64,000 nucleotides of DNA from an uncultured Desulfospira sp. (GCA_963663165.1 OY760175.1:5824001-5888000); one strand, 5' to 3'; counted from the first letter of the stretch, positions 9,059 to 19,056 are shown. A program made the numbers and translations. Notes: a model not told the origin generated them from the sequence alone.

Positions 9059-10291
9059 TCAGGGCCTGTATACCGGTTTTTGGCCGGTATCCTCGTAAAA
9101 GGGTTTTCCAAACTGGTCCCTGGTTTTTGAAAAATACTGGACCTGTTCCGGCAGGTACCGGGCATGATCGGCAAACAGCCGCTGAAATTCCTCACGGCAG
9201 GGTCCGGAAAACAGATCTTGTTTCAGGCCGGAAAACCGGGTGTTAAGACAGGCAATAATCTGATCAAAAAAGTGGTGGCCCATGAATTTGTCGTAGGTAA
9301 TGCTGGCAAAGCGTCCGTCTTCCATCCGGTTATACGTGTTGAGATGCTCGCTTAAAAGGTTCAGGTCCCGGCGGCGTCTCATGTCAATGCCAAGGCTTAA
9401 ATCCCGGTGGACGGTTCTCAGGATTTTTCCATCCCGGTCGGTTTCCAGAATCAGGTTCTGGCCGTGGGGCTCCAGCATAAACCCGAAGTTGAGATAGCAG
9501 GCGATCCACTGGCGGACCACCGGAAGCATGATATGATCCAGAACAAATGTTACCGGATTGGCTTCCCCGATAAGCTCAAAAAGCAGTTCCGGTTTTTGAG
9601 GGTCAAAAAAATCCTTTCCATACAGGGCAAACCCTGGAATCATTTCAGAATTGTCCTTCTGCCCGGATAACAGGGGAAACGGTGTCAGGTCCCGTACCAG
9701 GAACCCCCAGTTTTCCCCCCGGCCGGAGCCGGGTTCAAGGTCCGGGTGGGTAATGCCTAAGACCTCTCTCATGATGGCAAAGTCCGGGTCAAAGGCGTCA
9801 ATCCCTGTTTCAAGTTCCATGGAAATGGCAATGGCCTGGGCCACCACTTCATCGCGCATTTTTCTGCCGTATCTGGATATTCTGAACGGAAAGTGGACTT
9901 TCAGGGCGTGGGGATGGTCCAAATCCCGGACATACAAGGTCCGGGTGGAAGAACTGGGAGAAACCAGAATGGGGCTTCCCAAGGTTCCCAACGCCAAGGC
10001 CCTTTGGGTATAGGGGTCGGTAAAACCGGATTCTCTGATCTGGGGGTGGACGGCAAACATCACCTTGTCCCCTTCCAGGTAACGGTTCTGTATGGCGCTG
10101 GGCGGGTTGGCCGCATATACGTTCATTTTCTCCCTGGGAAGGCTGAACAGGTCAAGCTTAAAATCAGGCTGTCCTGAGTTATGGCGAAAATGGGGCAGGG
10201 CCTCGGTGTATCCGGACTGATCGCTGTAAGTCCTTGTTCCTTCGTTCCGATACCGGTCAAGATAGATAAATGAAGTCAGATTGTAGCTCAT
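9059..10291 (-). CDS. IucA/IucC (NRPS-independent siderophore synthetase-like) family protein
   Basis: VHPQ, SPSSSTRTL, LKVHFPFRISRYGR, EPHGQNL and RDL motifs in NIS order; GGAGGG RBS before ATG 10291. Confidence 0.8.
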   Translation of the reverse strand: MSYNLTSFIYLDRYRNEGTRTYSDQSGYTEALPHFRHNSGQPDFKLDLFSLPREKMNVYAANPPSAIQNRYLEGDKVMFAVHPQIRESGFTDPYTQRALALGTLGSPILVSPSSSTRTLYVRDLDHPHALKVHFPFRISRYGRKMRDEVVAQAIAISMELETGIDAFDPDFAIMREVLGITHPDLEPGSGRGENWGFLVRDLTPFPLLSGQKDNSEMIPGFALYGKDFFDPQKPELLFELIGEANPVTFVLDHIMLPVVRQWIACYLNFGFMLEPHGQNLILETDRDGKILRTVHRDLSLGIDMRRRRDLNLLSEHLNTYNRMEDGRFASITYDKFMGHHFFDQIIACLNTRFSGLKQDLFSGPCREEFQRLFADHARYLPEQVQYFSKTRDQFGKPFYEDTGQKPVYRP

Positions 10292-10366
10292 TGTTAGTCC
10301 CTCCAAATTTTTATCCTACAAACTGAATTATGATCACGGTTTGGATTAAATCAAGCGCTTAATTTA

Positions 10367-10435
10367 TGGACTTGGGATATGGGACTTGGGACTTGGGTAC
10401 GCCACGGTTGCTGCAATTCCCAAGGCCATTTTATT
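10367..10435. repeat. Degenerate TGGGAC-heptamer element
   Basis: GGACTTGGGATATGGGACTTGGGACTTGGG plus a GCCACGG..CTGCAA core like 27173..27275. Confidence 0.75.
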
Positions 10436-10640
10436 AAATGTATGATCTCAAATACGGTTACCCGGCATATAAACCAGATGCGCTTGATTTTGTACCAGCC
10501 CTCGGCTATACTTTGATTCGTTAAACAAGTTCATGGCTAAGAAACAGGTTAAACCTTTCGGATTCCTTCTTTCTTTATATTGGGAAGGTCTTAACACAAC
10601 AGACCGGACATGGCTGTTATCAATTCAGGATCATTTTCGC

Positions 10641-13505
10641 ATGCAGTCTTTCACAAATCTGCCAATAGGGGTTAAGCTTTTTATCGGGTATACGGTTATG
10701 GCTGTAACGGTTTTTTCTCTAGGCCTCTCCCTTTATTATATTTATGCCAGGGCCCACCTTGAAAACCGGATCCGTGCTGAACTTGACCGGTCCAACCAGG
10801 CCATTGCCGATATTGTCGAAACAACGGCCCAGCTTTCCATTAAAAATTACCTTCGGGCCATTGCGGAAAAAAACCTGGAAACCGTCAGGCATTTACATCA
10901 GGATTGCCGGGCGGGACGGATCACCGAAGACGAGGCCAAAAAAGAGGCCGCAAGGATTTTTTCTAAACAGAAAATCGGGACAACTGGCTATATTTATTGT
11001 ATAAACAGCCGGGGGATTCCCGTGATACATCCAGACCCGGAAATGATCGGCCAAAGCATGTCGGCCAGTTCAGTTGCCCATGATCAGGTTCAAAACAAAA
11101 ACGGCTACCTTGAGTATGTATGGAAAAATTCCAAAGAGACGACGTTACGTTCAAAAGCCCTTTACATGGTCTATTTTGAACCCTGGGACTGGATTATTTC
11201 AGTATCGTCATACAAATCTGAATTTTCCGAATTGATATCCATTGAAGATTTCAGAGAGCAGATCCGGTCCATGGCCCGCAGCGGCATAGGGTCTTCCTTT
11301 GTGATGGATATCGCCAGCAAGGCCGTGGTTCATCCCCAGGTTAAAGGGGACCTGGTGGAATATGCAAGGACCATTGGGGCCGACACCATTGAGACCATGA
11401 TCCGGGAAAAAAGGGGGGGGCTTGTCTATGAGTGGAAAAATCCCCGGGACTGCCGGTTTGAAAAAAAGATCATGATTTATGAAATTTTGCCGGATTTTAA
11501 TTGGATTATTGCCTCCTCACTGAACTTGAATGATGCCTTTGCCCCTTTAAAACAGATGCGGACCATTTTTATCGTCATTCTTGTGGTGACCATCTTTGTG
11601 ATGGCGGCTGGTTCATTTATTGTGGGCCGTGCCATTACCCGTCCCCTGATCCAGATGATCAGGCGATTTAATGCCGGCATGGAAGGTGCGTTAGAGCCAA
11701 TTTCGGTGACCAGCGGGCAGAAAAACGAAATCGGCCTGCTTGAATCCAGCTACAACCAGTTTGTCCAGCGCCTTGAGACCTACCGGAAAAATCTGGAGCA
11801 GGAGAATTCAATCCGTAAAGAGGCGGAGTCCCGCCTGCTGTTGTTTGAGAAAATTTTTGAACATGCCAATGAAGGGATTTACATTACCACGGCCAATGGA
11901 GAGATCCAGGCCGTTAACCAGGCCTTTACCACCATTACCGGCTATGAAGCCGATGAGGTGATCGGAAAGAACCCCCGGATTCTCAAATCCCACCGCCATG
12001 ACCTTGAGTTTTATGAAGCCATGTGGGCCTCCATCCACAAAGAGGGATACTGGGCCGGTGAAATCTGGAACAGGCGAAAGAGCGGAGAAGCCTTCCCCGA
12101 GTTTCTCAATATCAGCACCATTAAAGATGAGAAGGGCGAGACAAAAAATTTTGTGGCGGTGTTCCATGACATTAAGGAAATGAAAACCAAGGAACAGCAG
12201 ATTGAACACCTGGCATATCATGACCCCTTAACCGGACTGCCCAACCGGGCCCTGCTCAAGGACCGGCTCCAAAATGCCATTGCCGCTGCCCGGCGGGGCA
12301 ACGAGATGGTTCAGCTGATTTTTATTGACCTGGATAATTTCAAACTGGTCAACGACAGTGCCGGCCATGCAAAGGGGGATAATCTGCTCAAAGAGGCTGC
12401 CCAAAGGATGCTTTCCGTCACCCGGACCAGCGATACCGTAGCCCGGTTGGGCGGGGACGAATTTATCATCATGGCCACCAAGGTCACGGACATGATGGGG
12501 ACCATCCGGGTGGTGGAACGGATTCGTTCGGCTTTTTTACAGCCCTTTATAATTGAAAAAACCCCTTACCACCTGACGTGCAGCATCGGCATCGCCGTAT
12601 TCCCCAACGACGGAGAGGATGTGGACACCCTGGTCCGCAATGCCGACCTGGCCATGTACCATTCCAAAGCCAAGGGGAAAGACCGGTTTTTTCTGTTTGA
12701 GCCTGAAATGGCCCAAAAAATCAGCCGGCGCATTGAAATGGAGGCTGATATGCGAAAGGCCCTGGACAACAACGAGTTCCAGGTTTATTTCCAGCCTCAG
12801 GTCAACAATCAGACTTTAAAACCCGTTGGCATGGAAGCCCTGGTCCGGTGGGTCAAAGAAGACGGCACCATTGTCTCCCCGGGGCAGTTTATCCCCGTGG
12901 CCGAAGAATCCGGACTGATCATCCCCATTGGCCGGCAGATTTTTGAAAACGCCTTGGAAAATGCCGGCCGGATCTGTGGGCAGGTCGACTTTGACCTGGT
13001 GCTTGCGGTCAATGCGTCCACCCGGCAGTTTGATGAAAAAGGGTTTGAGTCCATGGTTTCGGAATTGCTGGAAGCAAGCGGTTTTCCGGCAAACCGCCTG
13101 AAAATTGAGATCACCGAATCCCTGCTGATGAAGGACATTGATACGGCCATGAACCGGCTTGCAAAACTGTCGGCCATGGGGGTAAGTACCGCCATTGACG
13201 ATTTTGGGACCGGGTATTCTTCCCTGGCTTATCTCAAACAGATGTCCATCTCCACGTTGAAGATTGATAAATCTTTTATTGACGATCTGCCTGGTGATCC
13301 GGACGCCCTTGCCCTGGTGGAAACCATCGTGGTCATGGCCGGCAAGTTGGGCATGGGGGTTGTGGCTGAAGGTGTGGAAACCGAAGAGCAGGTCAAAACC
13401 CTCCAGGATTTAGGCGACGTGGATATCCAGGGGTATGTCTTTGCCAGGCCCATGCCCTGGGAAGACACCATTCAGTGGATGCAGAACTGGCGGTCTGACG
13501 GTTAA
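10641..13505 (+). CDS. Diguanylate cyclase/phosphodiesterase (Cache-Cache-HAMP-PAS-GGDEF-EAL)
   Basis: Two TM helices flanking Cache-like GYIY..HP..YEWKN segments; PAS (VNQAFTTITGY); HDPLTGLPNR; GGDEF; EAL; DDFGTGYSSL; start 10641 preferred over 10533. Confidence 0.95.
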   Translation: MQSFTNLPIGVKLFIGYTVMAVTVFSLGLSLYYIYARAHLENRIRAELDRSNQAIADIVETTAQLSIKNYLRAIAEKNLETVRHLHQDCRAGRITEDEAKKEAARIFSKQKIGTTGYIYCINSRGIPVIHPDPEMIGQSMSASSVAHDQVQNKNGYLEYVWKNSKETTLRSKALYMVYFEPWDWIISVSSYKSEFSELISIEDFREQIRSMARSGIGSSFVMDIASKAVVHPQVKGDLVEYARTIGADTIETMIREKRGGLVYEWKNPRDCRFEKKIMIYEILPDFNWIIASSLNLNDAFAPLKQMRTIFIVILVVTIFVMAAGSFIVGRAITRPLIQMIRRFNAGMEGALEPISVTSGQKNEIGLLESSYNQFVQRLETYRKNLEQENSIRKEAESRLLLFEKIFEHANEGIYITTANGEIQAVNQAFTTITGYEADEVIGKNPRILKSHRHDLEFYEAMWASIHKEGYWAGEIWNRRKSGEAFPEFLNISTIKDEKGETKNFVAVFHDIKEMKTKEQQIEHLAYHDPLTGLPNRALLKDRLQNAIAAARRGNEMVQLIFIDLDNFKLVNDSAGHAKGDNLLKEAAQRMLSVTRTSDTVARLGGDEFIIMATKVTDMMGTIRVVERIRSAFLQPFIIEKTPYHLTCSIGIAVFPNDGEDVDTLVRNADLAMYHSKAKGKDRFFLFEPEMAQKISRRIEMEADMRKALDNNEFQVYFQPQVNNQTLKPVGMEALVRWVKEDGTIVSPGQFIPVAEESGLIIPIGRQIFENALENAGRICGQVDFDLVLAVNASTRQFDEKGFESMVSELLEASGFPANRLKIEITESLLMKDIDTAMNRLAKLSAMGVSTAIDDFGTGYSSLAYLKQMSISTLKIDKSFIDDLPGDPDALALVETIVVMAGKLGMGVVAEGVETEEQVKTLQDLGDVDIQGYVFARPMPWEDTIQWMQNWRSDG

Positions 13506-14315
13506 TCAGGACCACAGATCGTAAAAATGCATGACCGGGCCGTGTCCGTTGCCTAAGGTATAGGCGGCCCCGGCTTCAAGGGCCCCATGGATATAGTCTT
13601 TGGCTTTTTTTACAGCACTTTCCAGGGCTTCACCCCGGGCCAAAAAGGCGGCGATGGCCGAGGACAGGGTGCATCCGGTGCCATGGGAGTTCGGGGTGTT
13701 GATGCGGGGGGCGTCAAGCCGGGTAAAGGTGTCGGTTTTTTTCTGGAACAGAAGATCAAAGGAGGCCTCGCCGGTCAGATGCCCCCCTTTGAGCAGGACA
13801 TTGTCGCATCCCAATGCTGCCAGGTCCCGGGCCGCGGTTTCCATGTCCTGATCTGACTGTATATCCCTGCCAAGCAGCACCGAGGCCTCGGGAAGATTCG
13901 GGGTGATCACCGTGGCCAGGGGAATCAGCGTTGTTTTCAGGGCAAGGACCGCATCGTCAAGGAGCAGTTTGTCCCCGCTTTTAGAGACCATGACCGGGTC
14001 CAGGACAATTTGCCCGCAGTTCCAGAAGGTCAGCCGGTCCGCCACCGCCTCAATAACGGCCGGTGAGTGGAGCATGCCGATCTTGACACTGTCCGTGCCC
14101 ATGTCTTCTAAAACCGTATCCATCTGCTGGGCGATAAATTCCGGCGGGGCCGGGAAAATACCGGTCACCACCCGGGTGTTCTGGGCGGTCAGGGCCGTGA
14201 TCACGGACATGCCGTAGCAGCCCAGGGCGGAAAAAGTTTTCAAATCGGCCTGGATTCCGGCGCCGCCGCCGCTGTCAGATCCGGCAATGGTTAATGCTTT
14301 AAAATAGGTTTTCAT
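13506..14315 (-). CDS. thiD: Hydroxymethylpyrimidine/phosphomethylpyrimidine kinase
   Basis: IAGSDSGGGAGIQADLKTF, TPNLPEA, KGGH, HGTGCTLSSA. Confidence 0.97.
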   Translation of the reverse strand: MKTYFKALTIAGSDSGGGAGIQADLKTFSALGCYGMSVITALTAQNTRVVTGIFPAPPEFIAQQMDTVLEDMGTDSVKIGMLHSPAVIEAVADRLTFWNCGQIVLDPVMVSKSGDKLLLDDAVLALKTTLIPLATVITPNLPEASVLLGRDIQSDQDMETAARDLAALGCDNVLLKGGHLTGEASFDLLFQKKTDTFTRLDAPRINTPNSHGTGCTLSSAIAAFLARGEALESAVKKAKDYIHGALEAGAAYTLGNGHGPVMHFYDLWS

Positions 14316-14329
14316 ATCAAATGTCTCTT

Positions 14330-14710
14330 TTACCATACGGCCTTGGCGTAAAAATCTAAAATGATGTTATCAGAGGTTACCAGTTCCATTTGTCTGGCGT
14401 CAGCACTGGTAACGATAACCCGGTCGGCTGGATCACGGTGGCCCCAGTCCAGGTTCAAAGAGTCCATCCATGTGTTTTCGTCAATGGGAAGGATGTGAAA
14501 ATGGTGAACCTGGTTGAGTTTGGAAATAAATTCTTCCAAGGGTATGGGAATATCCAGTTTGCCTTTTTTAATCTTGATTCCGATTTCCCAGATGCTGATG
14601 GAACTGATCAGAAAACCATCACTTTCTTTTATCTTTTGAACCGCTGTGGGAGATAACCGTTTCTTTTCAAAGGCATTGTACAACAAGGCGCATGTGTCCA
14701 GAAATATCAC
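14330..14710 (-). CDS. vapC: VapC (PIN domain) toxin
   Basis: IFLDTCALL, SSISIWEIGIK, HRDPADR, VTSD acidic PIN residues; GTG start overlaps the antitoxin stop. Confidence 0.92.
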   Translation of the reverse strand: MIFLDTCALLYNAFEKKRLSPTAVQKIKESDGFLISSISIWEIGIKIKKGKLDIPIPLEEFISKLNQVHHFHILPIDENTWMDSLNLDWGHRDPADRVIVTSADARQMELVTSDNIILDFYAKAVW

Positions 14711-14940
14711 GCAAGATCTCCCCATTCCTCTTGAGTTCCCGCTTCAAGAGGTTCGGAATAGGTCATTTTGTTTTGATAGGGACCAAAAACATCATCAAAA
14801 GATTTCTTTTCTTTATAAGGGCTGATTTTTAATACAGGCTCATTATAGTTGAGTACAATCAATTCCTCGCCTGTCTCCTCGACCTCCCGGAAATAAGCGA
14901 GCATTTTTGCTTTTAAAACACTTTTTGTGACCGTTTTCAT
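14707..14940 (-). CDS. Phd/YefM-type antitoxin
   Basis: 77 aa; LKAKMLAYFREVEETGEELIV..PVLKISP pattern; directly upstream of the PIN toxin; GGAGG RBS. Confidence 0.85.
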   Translation of the reverse strand: MKTVTKSVLKAKMLAYFREVEETGEELIVLNYNEPVLKISPYKEKKSFDDVFGPYQNKMTYSEPLEAGTQEEWGDLA

Positions 14941-14949
14941 ATTGCCTCC

Positions 14950-15002
14950 GACTATAGTCCTAACCATGGTCATATTTTATGGCGTCACTAAGGATTTGTC
15001 AA
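14950..15002 (-). promoter_or_regulatory. sigma70 promoter and two operator palindromes of the TA pair
   Basis: TTGACA (15002-14997)-N17-TAAAAT (14979-14974); palindromes GACCATGGTT (14971-14962) and GACTATAGTC (14959-14950). Confidence 0.75.
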
Positions 15003-15617
15003 TGAATCTTTAAACAGCCCGGCCAGGGTTTTGGCGGCCGCAAAGGGATCTGTGGCCGAGCAGATGGCCGATACCATGGCAATGGCATCGGCCCCGGCCC
15101 TGACAGTCGATTGTATGTTTTCTAAGTTCAGTCCGCCAATGGCCACCAGGGGAAGATGGGTTAGTGTCCGGATGGCTTCAAGTCCGTCAAGCCCCAGGGG
15201 CGCTTTGGCATCGGCTTTGGTCAGGGTGGGAAAGATGGGGCCGACCCCTAAGTAATCCACCCCGGTTCCTCTGGCGTTTTTTACATCTTCCAGGCTGCTC
15301 ACGGAAAGGCCGATAATTGCCTTGGGCCCTAAGAGCCTGCGGGCAATTTCAGGGGGCATATCGGACTGGCCCAAATGAACCCCGTGGGTATCTGCCGCCA
15401 GGGCAATATCCAGGCGGTCATTGATCAGCAGCGGGATATGGAAAGGTTCCAGAAGGGCTTTGAGCTTTAGGGCCCGGTCTAGAAAATCCCGGGTGGGGGC
15501 GGTTTTTTCCCTGAGCTGGACACAGCAGGCCCCGGCTTTGGCCGCCGCCTCAACCACGGATTCGAGGGGCCGGCCCAGGCAGGCCTTTTCGTCAGTGACC
15601 AGGTAAATTCCTTTCAT
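14988..15617 (-). CDS. thiE: Thiamine-phosphate synthase
   Basis: IYLVTD, VQLREK, LLINDRLD, GVHLGQSD, PTLTK, VAIGG. Confidence 0.97.
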   Translation of the reverse strand: MKGIYLVTDEKACLGRPLESVVEAAAKAGACCVQLREKTAPTRDFLDRALKLKALLEPFHIPLLINDRLDIALAADTHGVHLGQSDMPPEIARRLLGPKAIIGLSVSSLEDVKNARGTGVDYLGVGPIFPTLTKADAKAPLGLDGLEAIRTLTHLPLVAIGGLNLENIQSTVRAGADAIAMVSAICSATDPFAAAKTLAGLFKDSLTNP

Positions 15618-15636
15618 GGCAGTATCCTTTAATTAA

Positions 15637-15698
15637 AGCCATTAGCTATTAGCCGTTAGTCTTTAGCCTCTATCGGCTAACAGCTAATGGCTGACAGC
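15637..15698. repeat. Palindromic GCTAAC/GTTAGC heptamer repeat overlapping the thiM stop
   Basis: CATTAGC TATTAGC CGTTAGT CTTTAGC ... GCTAACA GCTAATG GCTGACA. Confidence 0.75.
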
Positions 15699-16471
15699 TC
15701 TTGCTCCGTTATATTATACAGGGCGTCAATAAAGTGCATTTGAAGGCTTCCAGGGCCCTTGGCGGTCCGGGCCGCCATTTCTCCGGCAATGCCCATGACG
15801 GCCATGGCATGGGCCGCGGCCCGTGAAGGGTCCGGGTTGACAGCGGCAAAGGCGGCGCAAAGGGCCGTGGCCGTGCATCCAAGACCTGTGACCCGGGGCA
15901 TCATGGCATGGCCGTTTTTAACGGTCAGGGTTTCCTGGCCGGTGACAATATAGTCGGTTTGTCCGGTAACACAGACCGTATTGCCAAGTTCAAGGCTTAA
16001 CGTCCTGGCGCTGTTGACCGCCGTATCCGAACCGCTGGTGGAGTCCACCCCTTTGGTGGCAATACCGTCTTTCAGCAGAGCCATGATTTCCGAGCCGTTT
16101 CCCCGGATGATAGCGGGCTTTATGTCCCGGATCAGGGACTGGGCGGTGGCGGTCCGGTAAGGGGTGGCCCCGGCCCCCACCGGGTCCAGGACAATGGGAA
16201 TGTTTTTTTTCTTTGCCGCTTGTCCGGCCTTGGTCATGGATGCCACCCAGGCGGCGTCCAGGGTGCCCATGTTGATGACCAGGGCGCCGGCCAGGCGGAC
16301 CATGTCCGCCACCTCATGCTCTGAATGGGCCATGACCGGCGAGGCCCCCAAGGCCAAGAGGGCATTGGCCGTATTGTTCATCACCACAAAATTGGTGATG
16401 TTGTGGACCAGGGGGGCCGTGGCCCGGATGGCCTCAATGTCTTTCCATATATCCGATGCCTGAATGCTCAT
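15677..16471 (-). CDS. thiM: Hydroxyethylthiazole kinase
   Basis: PLVHNITNFV, GASPVMA, LDPVGAGAT, IRGNGSEI, VTGLGC. Confidence 0.97.
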   Translation of the reverse strand: MSIQASDIWKDIEAIRATAPLVHNITNFVVMNNTANALLALGASPVMAHSEHEVADMVRLAGALVINMGTLDAAWVASMTKAGQAAKKKNIPIVLDPVGAGATPYRTATAQSLIRDIKPAIIRGNGSEIMALLKDGIATKGVDSTSGSDTAVNSARTLSLELGNTVCVTGQTDYIVTGQETLTVKNGHAMMPRVTGLGCTATALCAAFAAVNPDPSRAAAHAMAVMGIAGEMAARTAKGPGSLQMHFIDALYNITEQELSAISC

Positions 16472-16489
16472 AAGATATTTCCTTGATGG

Positions 16490-16634
16490 TTTAGGTGTTT
16501 CGGCTGAAGGGTTTCAAGTACCTTCTCTATCGCGATTCCTTCAGCCTTCAGCCTAAAAACCTTCAGTCTTTTTTATCTGTTAGCATCACCTTAAAGGCTA
16601 ACGGCTAAAGGCTAACAGCTGAAAGCTAAACGCT
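16490..16634. repeat. Intergenic TTCAGCC and GCTAAC/GCTAAA heptamer repeats
   Basis: CCTTCAG CCTTCAG CCTAAAA and GGCTAAC GGCTAAA GGCTAAC AGCTGAA AGCTAAA runs. Confidence 0.7.
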
Positions 16635-16635
16635 T

Positions 16636-17571
16636 TTACTTGCGCCATGTATGAATCAGTTCGGTAGCATCCACCGGCCCTTTAATCAGCCCATACTGAA
16701 GGGCAAAATCGGCAAAATCCTGCCATTTCCTCAAATCATGGCCGGTTTTTTCGGCAAAGTAGGGCCGGGTCAGGTCAAAGGCGGCCGTTTCGATTTCCTT
16801 ATCGGCCTGGGGAACGGCGGTTAAATACAGTTTCAGACATTGTTCAGGCTCGGCTTTGATCCGTTCAAACCCTTTTGCGATGGCCTTGACAAACCGGTGG
16901 AGCGCATACTGTTTTTCTTCAAGAATCTTGGCCCCGCATACAAAAATCAGTTCTTCATAATCGGGGATTCCGTATTTTTCCAGTTCAAAATACAGTCCTT
17001 TGTGGCCATGCTTGGCCATGCCCACGGTTTCATAGGTTTTAAAAGGGCCCATGATGGCGTCCACTTTGCCCGATACCAGGGAGGGCAGGATGGTGAAGCC
17101 CACATTGACCGGGGTGTAACCGGTGATGCCGTTAATGTCGGCAAAGGCTTTGAGCAAAATGTCCATCAGGCCCGGGACGGTATATCCGATTTTTTTATGG
17201 GACAGGTCAGCAGGGGATTTGATGTCGCTGTCCAGGTAGAGCAGGGTGGTCAAGGGGTGGCGCACCAGGGGGGCGACCACACGAAGCTTAAGCCCCTGGT
17301 CCGCGGCAATGATGGTCTGGGGCTGGTAGGACACGGCAAGATCCACGCTTCCGGCGGCGGCAAGCTTCAGTGCGTCCGAGGTTTCAGACGGGGTGATGAC
17401 ATCCACCTTGAGGCCATGAAATTTAAAGTATCCGGATTCCTGGGCCACATAAATGGGCATATGGTCCACGTTGGGGAACCAGTCCAGCATAATGGTGAGC
17501 CGATCTGCGGCCGATCCCGGGGATACAGCGGCCAGGACCGCCAGAATAATATAAAGCACCAGTTTTTTCAT
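16636..17571 (-). CDS. thiY: ABC transporter substrate-binding protein, NMT1/THI5 (ThiY-like)
   Basis: Signal peptide; LDWFPNVDH, GSVDLAVSYQP, LVSGKVDA; TPP-riboswitch operon context. Confidence 0.85.
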   Translation of the reverse strand: MKKLVLYIILAVLAAVSPGSAADRLTIMLDWFPNVDHMPIYVAQESGYFKFHGLKVDVITPSETSDALKLAAAGSVDLAVSYQPQTIIAADQGLKLRVVAPLVRHPLTTLLYLDSDIKSPADLSHKKIGYTVPGLMDILLKAFADINGITGYTPVNVGFTILPSLVSGKVDAIMGPFKTYETVGMAKHGHKGLYFELEKYGIPDYEELIFVCGAKILEEKQYALHRFVKAIAKGFERIKAEPEQCLKLYLTAVPQADKEIETAAFDLTRPYFAEKTGHDLRKWQDFADFALQYGLIKGPVDATELIHTWRK

Positions 17572-17582
17572 GATCGTTTCCT

Positions 17583-18323
17583 TTATGATTTCCAGTTAAT
17601 GATTTTTTTTTCCAACATTCCCACCAGGGTCCACATGGCCAGCCCCATGATGGTGAGGTAAAGAATGGCCGCAAACAAAAGATCCGTGGCCAGCCGGGCA
17701 TTGGACTGGATCATTAAAAATCCAAGCCCCTTCTGGGCCCCCACCCATTCGCCGATCACCGCCCCGATGGTGGCCACGGTTACCCCGACCTTAAGGCCTG
17801 AAAAAAACTGGGGCAGGGCCCAGGGCCAGTAAAGCAGGGTAAAGGTTTTAAAAAACGAGGCCCCCATGAGCCGGAACAGCACCCTGAACTCCGGGTCACA
17901 GTCTTTAAATCCCTGGAGCAGGCTGACGGTAATGGGAAAAAAGATGATGATCCAGGCCATGAAGACCTTGGAGGCCATGCCATACCCCAGCCAGACCACC
18001 AGCAGGGGGGCCAGGGCAAACACGGGAATGGCCTGGGAGGCCACCAGGAAAGGGGACAGCGCCTTTTCCAGGTTGGGTTTCGCAAACATGGCCAGGGCCA
18101 GGGGCAGGGCCGTTGCCACGGCAAATCCGATGCCAAGGACAATCTCGATAAAGGTTACCATGGCATGGGGAAAAAGAATAGGGAACTTTAATACGGCCGT
18201 GGTCAGAATCTGCCAGGGCGACGGCAGAATGAAAACCGGCACGGCCATCAGTTTAACCCAGATCTGCCAGATCCCCAGGATAAGGGCGATAATCCCCAAT
18301 GCCGTAAGGTTACTGCCTTTCAT
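17583..18323 (-). CDS. thiX: ABC transporter permease (ThiX-like)
   Basis: ILPSP, QAIPVFALAP, MGAS..PWALP, GAVIGEW of SsuC/TauC-type permeases. Confidence 0.85.
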   Translation of the reverse strand: MKGSNLTALGIIALILGIWQIWVKLMAVPVFILPSPWQILTTAVLKFPILFPHAMVTFIEIVLGIGFAVATALPLALAMFAKPNLEKALSPFLVASQAIPVFALAPLLVVWLGYGMASKVFMAWIIIFFPITVSLLQGFKDCDPEFRVLFRLMGASFFKTFTLLYWPWALPQFFSGLKVGVTVATIGAVIGEWVGAQKGLGFLMIQSNARLATDLLFAAILYLTIMGLAMWTLVGMLEKKIINWKS

Positions 18324-19056
18324 GGATCAGGTCTCCTTCCAGCCGGGACAGGCAGTATTCCTTGATGTCCATTAATTGCGGATCATTGAGTTTTCGGGGC
18401 TTGGGGGTGTTCAGCGGGATGGCCTGTTTGATTCTCATGGGCCTGGGGCTGAGCAGGTAAATTTCATCGGCCAGCACCAGGGCCTCGTCTATATCATGGG
18501 TGATCATGAGAATGGTTTTGCCAAACTCGGTCTGGAGCAGCAGCAGCAGGTTCTGCAGTCCCCTTCGGGTAATGGCGTCGAGAGCCGACAAGGGTTCGTC
18601 CAGAAACACCAGATCCCGGTCAAACATCAGGGTCCGGACCAGGGCGCACCGCTGGCGCATGCCCCCGGATACCTGGCCCGGCCGGTGGGATTCAAATCCT
18701 TCCAGGCCCAGGCGCCGGAACAGGTCCAGGGCCTTTTCCCGAAAGTCCCCGTTATTTTTTTTGACGGCTGATACCGGCAGCAGGGCATTGTCCAGTAAAG
18801 ACAGCCAGGGCAGCAACAGGTCCTTTTGCTGCATATAGGCGGCATGGGCCCCTAAGTGGGGCAGGGGCCGGCCCTGCCAGGAAATGGTCCCGCAATCCAG
18901 GCCCACCACACCGGTAAGGCCGTCAAACAGCGTGGATTTCCCGCAGCCCGAAGGACCCACCAGAACCTTGAACCGGCCCGGTTCAAGCTTAAGGTCCAGC
19001 CCGGAGAAAACCGGCTGGCCGTTAAATTGTTTTTCAAGCCCCAACACGTCGAGCAT
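18310..19056 (-). CDS. thiZ: ABC transporter ATP-binding protein (ThiZ-like)
   Basis: GPSGCGKST Walker A, SGGMRQR signature, LDEP Walker B, ITHD. Confidence 0.88.
   Translation of the reverse strand: MLDVLGLEKQFNGQPVFSGLDLKLEPGRFKVLVGPSGCGKSTLFDGLTGVVGLDCGTISWQGRPLPHLGAHAAYMQQKDLLLPWLSLLDNALLPVSAVKKNNGDFREKALDLFRRLGLEGFESHRPGQVSGGMRQRCALVRTLMFDRDLVFLDEPLSALDAITRRGLQNLLLLLQTEFGKTILMITHDIDEALVLADEIYLLSPRPMRIKQAIPLNTPKPRKLNDPQLMDIKEYCLSRLEGDLIHERQ

Noticed and set aside
16840..17661. Long antisense ORFs (e.g. 273 aa opposite thiY, 228 aa opposite sbcDC, 217 aa opposite DUF748)
   Set aside because: Shadow frames of well-supported genes, with no motifs of their own
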